From: Patescibacteria group bacterium
GTDB lineage: Bacteria > Patescibacteriota > Minisyncoccia > UBA6257 > 2-01-FULL-56-20
DNA length: 64,000 nucleotides
Reading direction: 5' to 3'
Assembly: GCA_038063755.1 (NCBI GenBank)
Contig: JBBTUL010000011.1
Span: 3,946 to 67,945, forward strand
Shown one piece after another: positions 1 through 8,854 of the stretch. The translations under genes and the position numbers were made by a program. The notes under the pieces were generated by a model, which saw only the letters and a program-made list of their open reading frames with translations, searched no databases and was not told the origin of the DNA. How positions within the stretch are numbered: the first letter of the stretch is position 1; each line of letters begins with the position of its first letter.

Positions 1-1985
1 CAGGATTTCGAGAAGTGCGCGTGGACGGAAAACTCCGCTCGCTTCGAGAACGAATCGAGATGAGCAGATACAAACAGCACACCATCGAGCTCATCGTCGA
101 TAGAATTCCATCAATCATGGACTTCAAAGACAAGGATAATCGTTTGCGCCTTGCCGAGGCAGTTGAGTCGGCTTTGAAATACGGGAACGACGTTGTGACG
201 ATCGTCGCAGAAGAAGAAGTTTCACTTTCGGCAAAGTTTACTTGTCCAGAGGACGGTTTCTCATTTCCCGAAATTGAGCCACGACTTTTTTCTTTCAATA
301 GTCCTTTTGGCGCCTGCGAGATGTGTCACGGTCTCGGGACGGAAGATCTGTGGTCTGATAAAATCTGCCCTGCATGCGACGGAAGAAGGTTGAAGCCAGA
401 GAGCCTAAGCGTCTTAATACAGGGAAAAAATATCGCACAGACAACCGCATTCTCGATTGTTCAGGCCGAGCAGTTTTTCAAAACAATTAAACTAAAACCA
501 GCGTTTCAGGAGGTTGCCGAGGTACCGCTTCGCGAAATAAGAAGTCGCCTCAAGTTCCTCGTGGATGTTGGTCTCGAATATCTTACGCTTGAAAGAAGAG
601 CGGGAACTCTTTCGGGGGGAGAGGCGCAGCGTATACGGCTTGCCTCTCAGATCGGTTCTCGTCTTGTTGGGACGCTCTACATTCTCGATGAGCCGACGAT
701 CGGATTACACCAGAGAGACAACGATAAACTTATCAAGACATTGCACGAGCTGCGGGATCTTGGAAATACGGTTATCGTCGTTGAACACGATGAGGATACC
801 ATTCGATCGGGTGACTACATTGTCGATTTCGGTCCAGGGGCGGGGGTTCACGGAGGGAAGGTGGTAGCCGAGGGTGAGTTGCCGAGCATCCTTAAGAATA
901 TGAAACAGACATCGCTTACGCTTGACTATCTGCGCGGAAAGAAGAAGATTGCCGTTCCTGAAAAAAGAAGAAAAGTTTCGAAAGATCATGACTATTTAAA
1001 AGTGAGGGATGCGTATGTCAATAACTTACAAAATGTGAATGTCGATATTCCGCTTAGGCGATTTACCGCAATCACCGGTGTTTCAGGTTCAGGGAAGAGC
1101 TCGTTGCTTTACGATGTGGTCTACAAGGTTTTGGCAAATAAATTCAATGGCGCGACGTACAAGGTCAAAGGAGTAAAAGGCATTCTGGGGCTCGAATACG
1201 TGAATCGCGTGGTGAACATCGACCAGTCTGCGATCGGGAGAACGCCTCGCTCAAATCCTGCAACCTACGTCGGTGCATGGACATTTATCAGAGACCTTTT
1301 TACCGCGACAGAAGGTGCTCGAGTGCGAGGATACAAGCCTGGACGCTTCAGCTTTAACGTTCCCGGAGGGCGTTGTGAGAATTGCGAGGGTCATGGAACG
1401 ATTGCGATCGAGATGCACTTTTTACCGACGGTGTATGTTCCTTGCGATGTTTGCAAGGGGAAAAGATTTGACAGAGAAACGCTCGAAGTGGAATACAAAG
1501 GAAAGAATATCTATGAGATTCTTAAAATGACGATTGAAGAAGCGGTAAAGTTTTTCGATGATATTCCATGGTTGCACGATCGATTGACCGTACTTCAAGA
1601 GGTTGGGTTGGGATATCTTGAGTTGGGGCAGTCTGCTACGACACTTTCGGGGGGCGAAGCTCAACGAGTGAAGCTCTCCGCCGAACTCGGTAAGAGAGAC
1701 ACGCGAAAGACGCTTTATCTTTTGGATGAGCCGACGACCGGATTACATTTCGCCGATATCGCGAACCTACTCATAGTTCTCCAGCGACTTGTTGATCGCG
1801 GGAATACCGTGATTGTTATTGAACATAATCTCGACGTTATTAAATCTGCTGATTGGGTCATTGATCTTGGGCCGGAGGGAGGGGATAATGGCGGAAAGAT
1901 CGTTGCCGTTGGAACTCCAGAGGAAGTTTCTATTTGCGCGGGAAGCATAACCGGATCGTATCTGCGGAAGATGTTCAAGAGATAG
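1..1985 (+). CDS. uvrA: Excinuclease ABC subunit A (UvrA), 5-prime truncated by window edge
   Basis: ORF runs from the window start. Two ABC signature motifs LSGGEAQR, a CxxC zinc-finger region, Walker B LYILDEPTIGLH and C-terminal LYLLDEPTTGLH are all UvrA-like. Confidence 0.9.
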   Translation, partial: GFREVRVDGKLRSLRERIEMSRYKQHTIELIVDRIPSIMDFKDKDNRLRLAEAVESALKYGNDVVTIVAEEEVSLSAKFTCPEDGFSFPEIEPRLFSFNSPFGACEMCHGLGTEDLWSDKICPACDGRRLKPESLSVLIQGKNIAQTTAFSIVQAEQFFKTIKLKPAFQEVAEVPLREIRSRLKFLVDVGLEYLTLERRAGTLSGGEAQRIRLASQIGSRLVGTLYILDEPTIGLHQRDNDKLIKTLHELRDLGNTVIVVEHDEDTIRSGDYIVDFGPGAGVHGGKVVAEGELPSILKNMKQTSLTLDYLRGKKKIAVPEKRRKVSKDHDYLKVRDAYVNNLQNVNVDIPLRRFTAITGVSGSGKSSLLYDVVYKVLANKFNGATYKVKGVKGILGLEYVNRVVNIDQSAIGRTPRSNPATYVGAWTFIRDLFTATEGARVRGYKPGRFSFNVPGGRCENCEGHGTIAIEMHFLPTVYVPCDVCKGKRFDRETLEVEYKGKNIYEILKMTIEEAVKFFDDIPWLHDRLTVLQEVGLGYLELGQSATTLSGGEAQRVKLSAELGKRDTRKTLYLLDEPTTGLHFADIANLLIVLQRLVDRGNTVIVIEHNLDVIKSADWVIDLGPEGGDNGGKIVAVGTPEEVSICAGSITGSYLRKMFKR

Positions 1986-2024
1986 GCGTTTTTGTTTCTA
2001 GCCACGGAGGCATATACTTAAGCC

Positions 2025-2303
2025 ATGATTAAAATCGTCGGGAATGATATTTTGCGCTCCGGATCTAAGATTGGCTGGATTGAGTCAAACGATATTTTTG
2101 ACCATAGCGGAAAGAAGCGAGGATATTTTACCGAGAACGATATTTTCGAATACAGTGGGAAGAAAATAGGATGGGTTTTGGGAAACGAAATTCATGCCGT
2201 TGGTGGCAGGGCTATGCGACTTGATGATAATAGAAGAATCGTCTCCGGAGGATCTTACCCCGACATTGTGCGAGCGGCGATACGGCTTATTCTCGGAGAG
2301 TGA
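2025..2303 (+). CDS. Small hypothetical protein with three tandem SGKKIGW / NDIF(D/E)(H/Y) repeats (WG/KWG-like)
   Basis: 92-aa ORF in the uvrA-uvrC gap. Internal repeats GSKIGWIESNDIFDHSGKKRGYFTENDIFEYSGKKIGWVLGNEIH are visible by eye. Confidence 0.4.
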   Translation: MIKIVGNDILRSGSKIGWIESNDIFDHSGKKRGYFTENDIFEYSGKKIGWVLGNEIHAVGGRAMRLDDNRRIVSGGSYPDIVRAAIRLILGE

Positions 2304-2337
2304 TCGTTTACGCCCCACTTTTCCGCAAAGAGAACGG

Positions 2338-3543
2338 ATGCACATGAAGAAGCTTTACGCGAATCTCCCAGAGACTCCAGGCGTCTATCTCTTCAAAGAC
2401 AAAAGAGGAGATTTGCTTTATGTGGGGAAGGCGGCGAGCCTTAAGAAACGAGTCTCGAGTTATTTCTTGCGTCCACATGAAGCGCGAATACAAAGACTCG
2501 TTTCCCTTGTGCGCCATATTGACTATCAAAAGACCGATACGGCGCTTGAGGCCCTGATCCTTGAGGCGGAACTGATAAAGAAAAACCAACCTCCCTTTAA
2601 TGTTCTTGAGAAAGACGACAAATCTTTTCTTTATGTTCAGATAACAGCCGAGGAATTTCCCCGAGTACTTCCGATTCGAGGAAAAGACTTAAAAACGAGC
2701 AAGTTAACGGTTCAATTCGGTCCGTTTACGTCTGCTACAAGCGTGCGACAGGCCCTGACGCTTATTCGCCGCATCTTTCCTTTTCACACACACCTCCCGA
2801 ATGAGGTCGGGCGCATGAAGCGACCATGTTTTAATCATGAGATCGGACTTTGTCCCGGTGTTTGTGCGGGCCTCATATCGAAAAATGCCTACGGGAAAAT
2901 CGTAAGAAACATTAAACTTTTTTTTACCGGCAAGAAAGATCGGATTATTTCATCTCTTACGGCAGATATGCAAAAAGCGGCTCGTTCGCTTGACTACGAA
3001 GGCGCCGCGGATTTAAGAAGAAGGCTTTTCGCGATTCAGCACATACAAGACATAGCTTTTATCGGAGAAAACGAAGTTGGAAGCCCCGATGATTCCAACT
3101 TTAGGATGAGGGTTGAGGGTTATGACATTTCAAACATCTCAGGAGATTCAGCGGTAGGTTCAATGGTTGTTTTTATTAATGGAAAACCTGCTCGGAGTGA
3201 GTATAGAAAATTTAAAATAAAAACCGTGAAAGGTCCGAATGATGTAAAAATGCTCGAGGAAGTTCTTCTTCGGAGATTTCGAAATGCGTGGGAGTTGCCA
3301 AGTCTTATTTTAATCGACGGAGGCCTGGGGCAAGTCGGCATTGCTCAAAAAGTTTTGCGGTTACAAAATCTTGCCATCCCGATTTTAGGGATGATAAAGG
3401 GGCCGAAGCGGAAGAGAGTGGATGTACTCGGTGCCGTTCCCGACGGTGTTAGTCAGAAAACACTTATTCGCGTGAGAGACGAGGCTCACCGATTTGCGAT
3501 TCAATATCATCGAGCGATGCGTCGTGCTAGAATGAGCCAATAA
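2338..3543 (+). CDS. uvrC: Excinuclease ABC subunit C (UvrC), short form lacking the C-terminal (HhH)2 domain
   Basis: GIY-YIG motif GVYLFKDKRGDLLYVGKA at the N-terminus. UVR domain (LDYEGAADLRRRLFAIQ). RNase-H-like endonuclease region (SMVVFINGKPARSEYRKFKIKTV ... LILIDGGLGQ ... RVRDEAHRFAIQYHR). The ORF opens at 2194, but the GIY-YIG region begins at ATG 2338/2344. Confidence 0.8.
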   Translation: MHMKKLYANLPETPGVYLFKDKRGDLLYVGKAASLKKRVSSYFLRPHEARIQRLVSLVRHIDYQKTDTALEALILEAELIKKNQPPFNVLEKDDKSFLYVQITAEEFPRVLPIRGKDLKTSKLTVQFGPFTSATSVRQALTLIRRIFPFHTHLPNEVGRMKRPCFNHEIGLCPGVCAGLISKNAYGKIVRNIKLFFTGKKDRIISSLTADMQKAARSLDYEGAADLRRRLFAIQHIQDIAFIGENEVGSPDDSNFRMRVEGYDISNISGDSAVGSMVVFINGKPARSEYRKFKIKTVKGPNDVKMLEEVLLRRFRNAWELPSLILIDGGLGQVGIAQKVLRLQNLAIPILGMIKGPKRKRVDVLGAVPDGVSQKTLIRVRDEAHRFAIQYHRAMRRARMSQ

Positions 3544-3547
3544 GATC

Positions 3548-5392
3548 ATGTGCGGAATCGTCGGATATCTGGGAAAGGAGCGGGCGTTGCCGATTTTAAT
3601 CGATGGTCTTAAGAATCTCGAATATCGTGGATATGATTCCTCCGGCGTTGTTATTCTCGACAAGAACGGCGCAAGCATCACGCGTTCTGTTGGAAGAGTC
3701 CAAAATCTTGAGGCTCGTCTTGAAGATGGGGGAGTTGAGTTAAACGGAGTAATCGGAATTGCTCACACGAGGTGGGCAACACACGGCAAGGTTTCGGAAG
3801 AGAACGCGCATCCGCATCGTGATTGTCGAGGGCAGATTTTCGTTGTTCATAATGGCATTATCGAGAATTACAAAGAGTTGAAAACAGAACTCGCCAAAGA
3901 AGGCCATCAATTTTTTTCTGAAACCGACACCGAAGTTCTTGCGCATCTCATAGAGAAGCATTACAAGCCGGAGGATGGGGTTACTCTTTTTGTCGCGGTG
4001 AGAAGCGCGCTTCGCGAGATTCGAGGAACATACGGGATAGCGGTCGTTTCTTCCCTTGAGCCGTCGAAGATTATTGCCGCAAGAAACTCGAGCCCTCTTA
4101 TATTGGGAATCGGGGCGACTGGAAATATTGTTGCTTCGGATGCTTCGGCGATCGTACACCAGACAAAAGACGTGGTGTACTTAAAAGATGAAGAAATCGT
4201 TGAGCTAACGGCAGATAATTTTAAAATTGAAACTTTAGGATCGGCTATTACTACGAGAGCTCCCGAAAGACTAGAGTGGGATGCGGAAACCATAAAGAAG
4301 GGTGGGCACGAACACTTCATGCACAAAGAGATTTTTGAAATACCCGAAACGATCAAAAATTCGACGAGAGGAAGAATGATTATCGACGATGGAATGGCGA
4401 AGCTTGGCGGCATCGAGAGCATAAAAGAGAAGCTTCTGGGAATTGAGCGTCTCAAGCTTATTGCCTGCGGGACTGCGTCGTACGCCGCACGTGTCGGAGA
4501 ATACATGCTTGAAGAATACGCCGGGATACCGACCGAGGTTGATATTGGATCAGAGTTTCGTTATCGAAAGCCAATTCTTGATTCAAAGACCGCGCTTGTT
4601 GTCGTTTCTCAGTCCGGGGAAACGGCAGACACTCTCGCTGCGGTGAAGGAGGCAAAGGAGAAAGGCATTCTTACGCTTGGTATTGTAAATGTTGTCGGGT
4701 CAAGTATCGCCCGCGAAGCCGGTGTTGGAATCTACAATCATGCAGGTCCTGAGATAAGCGTTGCCTCTACGAAAGCGTTCGTTTCTCAGCTTTCGGTTCT
4801 CGCACTTCTCACCGTGTTTTTGGGTCGTCAGCGACAGATGTCGCTTGTTATGGGCAAACGCATCCTTGAGGAGCTTTCTCGTTTACCCGAATTGGTTTCG
4901 GTAATTCTCGCGGGCGAGAAACGAATCATCGAAGTCGCAGAAAAATACAAGGATATTGAGCACATAATGTATCTCGGAAGAAAATACAACTACCCGACCG
5001 CTCTTGAGGGGGCGCTGAAACTGAAGGAGGTGACTTATATTCACGCCGAGGGGCTTGCCTCCGGTGAGATCAAGCATGGTCCGATCGCCATGATTGACGA
5101 GCGCTTTCCGACGTTTTTTATTGCGCCGAAGGACAGCGTATATGAAAAAACAGTTTCAAATATGGAAGAGATTCGAGCGCGTGGCGGGAGAATTATCGCG
5201 CTTACCACCGAGGGAAATACCGAACTTGAAAATCTTGCCGAGGACGTACTCTATATTCCGAAGACTCTTGAAATGCTCACCCCCATCCTCGCTGCCGTTC
5301 CGCTTTATCTTTTTGCATATCACATCGCGGTGATGCGCGGTAGAGACGTTGATAAACCGAGAAACTTGGCGAAAAGCGTGACGGTTGAATAG
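3548..5392 (+). CDS. glmS: Glutamine--fructose-6-phosphate aminotransferase (GlmS)
   Basis: Starts MCGIVGY (N-terminal nucleophile Cys). Two SIS domains. 614 aa. Confidence 0.93.
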   Translation: MCGIVGYLGKERALPILIDGLKNLEYRGYDSSGVVILDKNGASITRSVGRVQNLEARLEDGGVELNGVIGIAHTRWATHGKVSEENAHPHRDCRGQIFVVHNGIIENYKELKTELAKEGHQFFSETDTEVLAHLIEKHYKPEDGVTLFVAVRSALREIRGTYGIAVVSSLEPSKIIAARNSSPLILGIGATGNIVASDASAIVHQTKDVVYLKDEEIVELTADNFKIETLGSAITTRAPERLEWDAETIKKGGHEHFMHKEIFEIPETIKNSTRGRMIIDDGMAKLGGIESIKEKLLGIERLKLIACGTASYAARVGEYMLEEYAGIPTEVDIGSEFRYRKPILDSKTALVVVSQSGETADTLAAVKEAKEKGILTLGIVNVVGSSIAREAGVGIYNHAGPEISVASTKAFVSQLSVLALLTVFLGRQRQMSLVMGKRILEELSRLPELVSVILAGEKRIIEVAEKYKDIEHIMYLGRKYNYPTALEGALKLKEVTYIHAEGLASGEIKHGPIAMIDERFPTFFIAPKDSVYEKTVSNMEEIRARGGRIIALTTEGNTELENLAEDVLYIPKTLEMLTPILAAVPLYLFAYHIAVMRGRDVDKPRNLAKSVTVE

Positions 5393-5412
5393 AAAGCTGA
5401 TATAATAGTAAT

Positions 5413-6372
5413 ATGGAACTTACACAGGCAACGCCAAAGGCGAGTCCGCGAGATGTTTTTCTTCATCTCCTTGCTATTATCACCTTATATGCGAGCGCGA
5501 CTGCTCTTATCGCGTTGCTGTTTCAATACATTGAGCTCGGTTTTCCTGATTCGTTGAGAATCGAAACAGGTGGTCAATATTATCGCGATAGTATCTATCG
5601 GGCGATTCGTGTCGCTGTAGCTACGCTCATCGTTGTTTTTCCGGCATACATTACGGCAAGCCGCTTTTTGGGCAAGATCGGGCGTGTGACGCCAGAAAAG
5701 AGAAGTTTGAAAATCAGGAAATGGCTTCTTTACTTTACGGTTTTTATCGCCGCTCTTATTATGCTTGGAGACTTTGTGACGCTTGTTTACAACCTGCTGA
5801 ATGGAGAATCGAGTATTTCATTCTTTCTCAAAGTGCTTTCGGTGTTTCTCGTTGCCGGAAGTGTTTTTCTGTACTATCTTTGGGATTTGCATGAGACTTC
5901 GCCAAGTGGAAAGATGAAGTGGTTTTCGTATGCTGTCATTGTGTTGGTTTCAATCGCGGTGGTTTGCGGATTTTTTGCAGTAGGATCTCCGAGCGAGAAG
6001 CGCGACAGGGATTTCGATGCTCAACGTGTGGGCAACCTCCAGGCAATTCAGTCGTCGATTGTCCAATATTGGCGGAGTAAGGGAAGGCTGCCCGAAAACC
6101 TCGGTGTCCTTGCAGATCCACTGCGTTATGTAACCATCCCCGTAGACCCGCAGACAAAAGCATCGTATGAGTACGAGGTCAAGGGCGAGAAAACTTTTGT
6201 GTTGTGCGCAGATTTCAAATTCTCAAGCGCCCTAGAAGGCGCACCTGCGGTTTATATGCCATCGGTTGAATTGTGGGATCACGCGAGTGGACGATTCTGT
6301 TTCGAGAGAAGTATAGACGCGGATTTTTTCAAGGACAAATCGATGGGAATCGAGCCGTCTTTTCCAAGATAG
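5413..6372 (+). CDS. Polytopic membrane protein with C-terminal pilin/pseudopilin-like globular domain
   Basis: About five hydrophobic helices, then RDRDFDAQRVGNLQAIQSSIVQYW...IPVDPQTKASYEYEV..FVLCADF. That tail resembles the conserved post-helix region of type IV pilins / T2SS pseudopilins. Confidence 0.6.
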   Translation: MELTQATPKASPRDVFLHLLAIITLYASATALIALLFQYIELGFPDSLRIETGGQYYRDSIYRAIRVAVATLIVVFPAYITASRFLGKIGRVTPEKRSLKIRKWLLYFTVFIAALIMLGDFVTLVYNLLNGESSISFFLKVLSVFLVAGSVFLYYLWDLHETSPSGKMKWFSYAVIVLVSIAVVCGFFAVGSPSEKRDRDFDAQRVGNLQAIQSSIVQYWRSKGRLPENLGVLADPLRYVTIPVDPQTKASYEYEVKGEKTFVLCADFKFSSALEGAPAVYMPSVELWDHASGRFCFERSIDADFFKDKSMGIEPSFPR

Positions 6373-6410
6373 TCTTGATTTTATTTGGTTTATCGCGTAC
6401 TCTCTAGGGG

Positions 6411-6435
6411 CGTCGCCGGAGTGGCGACTTTTCTT
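6411..6435 (+). terminator. Rho-independent terminator hairpin (GTCGCC-ggagt-GGCGAC + TTTTCTT)
   Basis: Perfect 6-bp GC-rich stem followed by a T-run, directly after the 5413-6372 CDS. Confidence 0.55.
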
Positions 6436-6440
6436 AACTT

Positions 6441-8264
6441 ATGGAACGGAACATTCGGAACATTGCAATTATCGCGCACGTCGATCACGGGAAGACAACG
6501 CTTGTCGATTCTCTTCTTAAGCAATCAAAAAACTTTAAGCTGAAAAGCGGGGCGGAGTCGAATCTCATTATGGATTCAAATGAGCTTGAGCGCGAGCGAG
6601 GGATAACCATATTTTCGAAAAACGCAGCAGTCCAATATAAAGGAACGAAAATAAACATTGTCGACACCCCCGGACATGCTGATTTTGGAGGAGAAGTCGA
6701 GCGAATTATGCGGATGGTAGACGGAGCTCTGCTTCTTGTCGATGCAAAAGAGGGGCCAATGCCGCAGACGAAGTTCGTATTAAAAAAAGCGCTACAGGCC
6801 GGACATCGAATTATCGTTGTAATAAACAAAATTGATAAACCAGGGGCGAGGAGCGATTGGGCGGTAGACAGAACCTTTGATCTTTTTATTGAGCTTGGCG
6901 CGAGCGATTTACAGGCGGATTTTCCGATCATTTACGCATCTGCGATACAAGGGAAGGCAGGGCGGGAGTCGAACTTGGATGTGATGGAGGACGTCGTGCC
7001 GCTTTTTGAGGCAATCCTTGAGACGATCCCGCCACCGGTGGTTCCGGTTGGCTCTCCGTTGCAGATGCTTACCGTGAATCTTGCCTATGACAATTACAAG
7101 GGCAAGGTCGCAATCGGGCGGGTATATGGCGGAGCGCTCAAAAAAGGAATGACTGTTGCTCACATTACGCGGACAGGAGAAGTGAGGAAGGCTATACTTG
7201 CAAATGTCATGACTTTTGACGGTCTTGCGCGAGTCGATGTTGACGAGGTGGATGGTGGAGAAATTGCGGCGGTGAGTGGAATACCCGATATCTCGATCGG
7301 GGAGACCATAACCGACCCAGATCATCCAATTGCGCTTCCAACGATCGACATTGAAGAACCAACTGTAAAGATGACGTTTGCTATCAACAATTCGCCCTTT
7401 GCCGGAAGGGAGGGCGAGTACGTGACTTCTCGCAATCTTGCCGACCGTCTTTTAAAAGAAGTCGAGACCGACGTTGCCCTTCGCGTGGAGGCGACATCAT
7501 CATTTGATTCGTGGACGGTTTCTGGCAGAGGGGAGCTGCATCTCGCGATCTTAATTGAAAAGATGCGCCGCGAGGGATTCGAGTTCCAAGTTTCTCGTCC
7601 GCAGGTTATCTTTCGTGAAACTGAAGGAAAGAAGTGCGAGCCTATCGAGCGCGTTTCGATTGAGGTTCCGGAAGGTTTTACCGGAAGCGCGATCGAAGAT
7701 ATGGGGAGAAGAAAGGGCACGATGGTAGATATGCGAGTTGACGGTGGGATCGCTTTCATTGAATTTCTCATTCCCACAAGAGGCCTCATTGGTTTCCGCA
7801 ATCAATTCCTCACCAACACGAAGGGTCTCGGAATTATGAATTCTCTTTTTGAAGGATACGAGGAATTTAAAGGAGAATTTGAAGGCAACTCTCACGGATC
7901 ATTGGTCGCATCAGAGTCCGGCGTTACGAGAGCATATGGCCTCTTGAACGCGGAAGGCCGAGGTGCCTTGTTCATATCGCCAGGAACCGAGGTTTATGCC
8001 GGCATGATTGTTGGCGAGAACGCGAAAGACGAAGATCTCCGCGTGAACATTTGCAAAGAAAAGCAATTATCTAACATGCGCGCAAAAAACGACGGCGGGA
8101 TGGAATTTTTGAAAGTTGCGCGCGTTCTTACGCTCGAGGAGGCAATCGAGTATATTGGAGATGACGAGCTGGTGGAAATAACTCCGAAATCGATTCGCTT
8201 GCGCAAATTCTACTTAAATGAAAACGACGAAAAGCGCATCAAAAAAGGACTTGCGGTTGCCTAG
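6441..8264 (+). CDS. typA: Translational GTPase TypA/BipA
   Basis: AIIAHVDHGKTTL G1 motif, DTPGHADF G3, NKIDK G4. 607 aa, typical TypA length. Confidence 0.93.
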   Translation: MERNIRNIAIIAHVDHGKTTLVDSLLKQSKNFKLKSGAESNLIMDSNELERERGITIFSKNAAVQYKGTKINIVDTPGHADFGGEVERIMRMVDGALLLVDAKEGPMPQTKFVLKKALQAGHRIIVVINKIDKPGARSDWAVDRTFDLFIELGASDLQADFPIIYASAIQGKAGRESNLDVMEDVVPLFEAILETIPPPVVPVGSPLQMLTVNLAYDNYKGKVAIGRVYGGALKKGMTVAHITRTGEVRKAILANVMTFDGLARVDVDEVDGGEIAAVSGIPDISIGETITDPDHPIALPTIDIEEPTVKMTFAINNSPFAGREGEYVTSRNLADRLLKEVETDVALRVEATSSFDSWTVSGRGELHLAILIEKMRREGFEFQVSRPQVIFRETEGKKCEPIERVSIEVPEGFTGSAIEDMGRRKGTMVDMRVDGGIAFIEFLIPTRGLIGFRNQFLTNTKGLGIMNSLFEGYEEFKGEFEGNSHGSLVASESGVTRAYGLLNAEGRGALFISPGTEVYAGMIVGENAKDEDLRVNICKEKQLSNMRAKNDGGMEFLKVARVLTLEEAIEYIGDDELVEITPKSIRLRKFYLNENDEKRIKKGLAVA

Positions 8265-8847
8265 CGTTCAAGGGGTAAACGAGGTAGTTCTTGGTTGTAT
8301 CAAAGAAGGCGGAGTCGGTGTCTTTCCGACAGACACCATCTATGGAATCGTCGGATCGGCTTTTCAGAAAAAAGCTGTTCAGAGGATTTATCGCTTAAAA
8401 CGCAGGGAAAGGAAAAAACCATTCATTATTCTTATTTCTTCGGTGTCAGAAATAAGAAGATTCGGAATCCACCTTTCTGCGAAAAAAGAAAGGTTTTTAC
8501 GGAGTCTTTGGCCGGCGAAAGTGAGCGTCCGTATCACGTGCCCTGCGCGGAAATTCAGATATCTTCATCGAGGACTTTCGTCGTTAGTGTTTCGCCTACC
8601 ACCAAAAAAAATGTTACGGGAGATTTTGAAAAAAACAGGGCCGCTTGTCGCTCCGAGCGCTAACGTTTCGGGTATGCCTCCGGCGAAAAATGTTTGGGAA
8701 GCGAGACGATATTTTGGGTCAAGCGTTGATTTTTATGTCGATGGAGGAACCATTGTCGGAAAGCCGTCGACGGTCATCGGATTCGGAGTAGGCGGCGCAA
8801 TTATTGTTCTACGAAAGGGGGCGGGAAGGATTCCGCAGATGATATAA
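8218..8847 (+). CDS. tsaC: L-threonylcarbamoyladenylate synthase YrdC/TsaC family
   Basis: GGVGVFPTDTIYGI motif typical of YrdC/Sua5. Overlaps the typA end; the true start may be TTG 8257. Confidence 0.8.
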   Translation: MKTTKSASKKDLRLPSVQGVNEVVLGCIKEGGVGVFPTDTIYGIVGSAFQKKAVQRIYRLKRRERKKPFIILISSVSEIRRFGIHLSAKKERFLRSLWPAKVSVRITCPARKFRYLHRGLSSLVFRLPPKKMLREILKKTGPLVAPSANVSGMPPAKNVWEARRYFGSSVDFYVDGGTIVGKPSTVIGFGVGGAIIVLRKGAGRIPQMI

Positions 8848-8854
8848 TTAGCGA

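Noticed and set aside
8295-8663. 122-aa ORF overlapping yrdC/tsaC in another frame
   Set aside because: Completely embedded in a gene carrying a conserved YrdC motif. No RBS; composition-driven.
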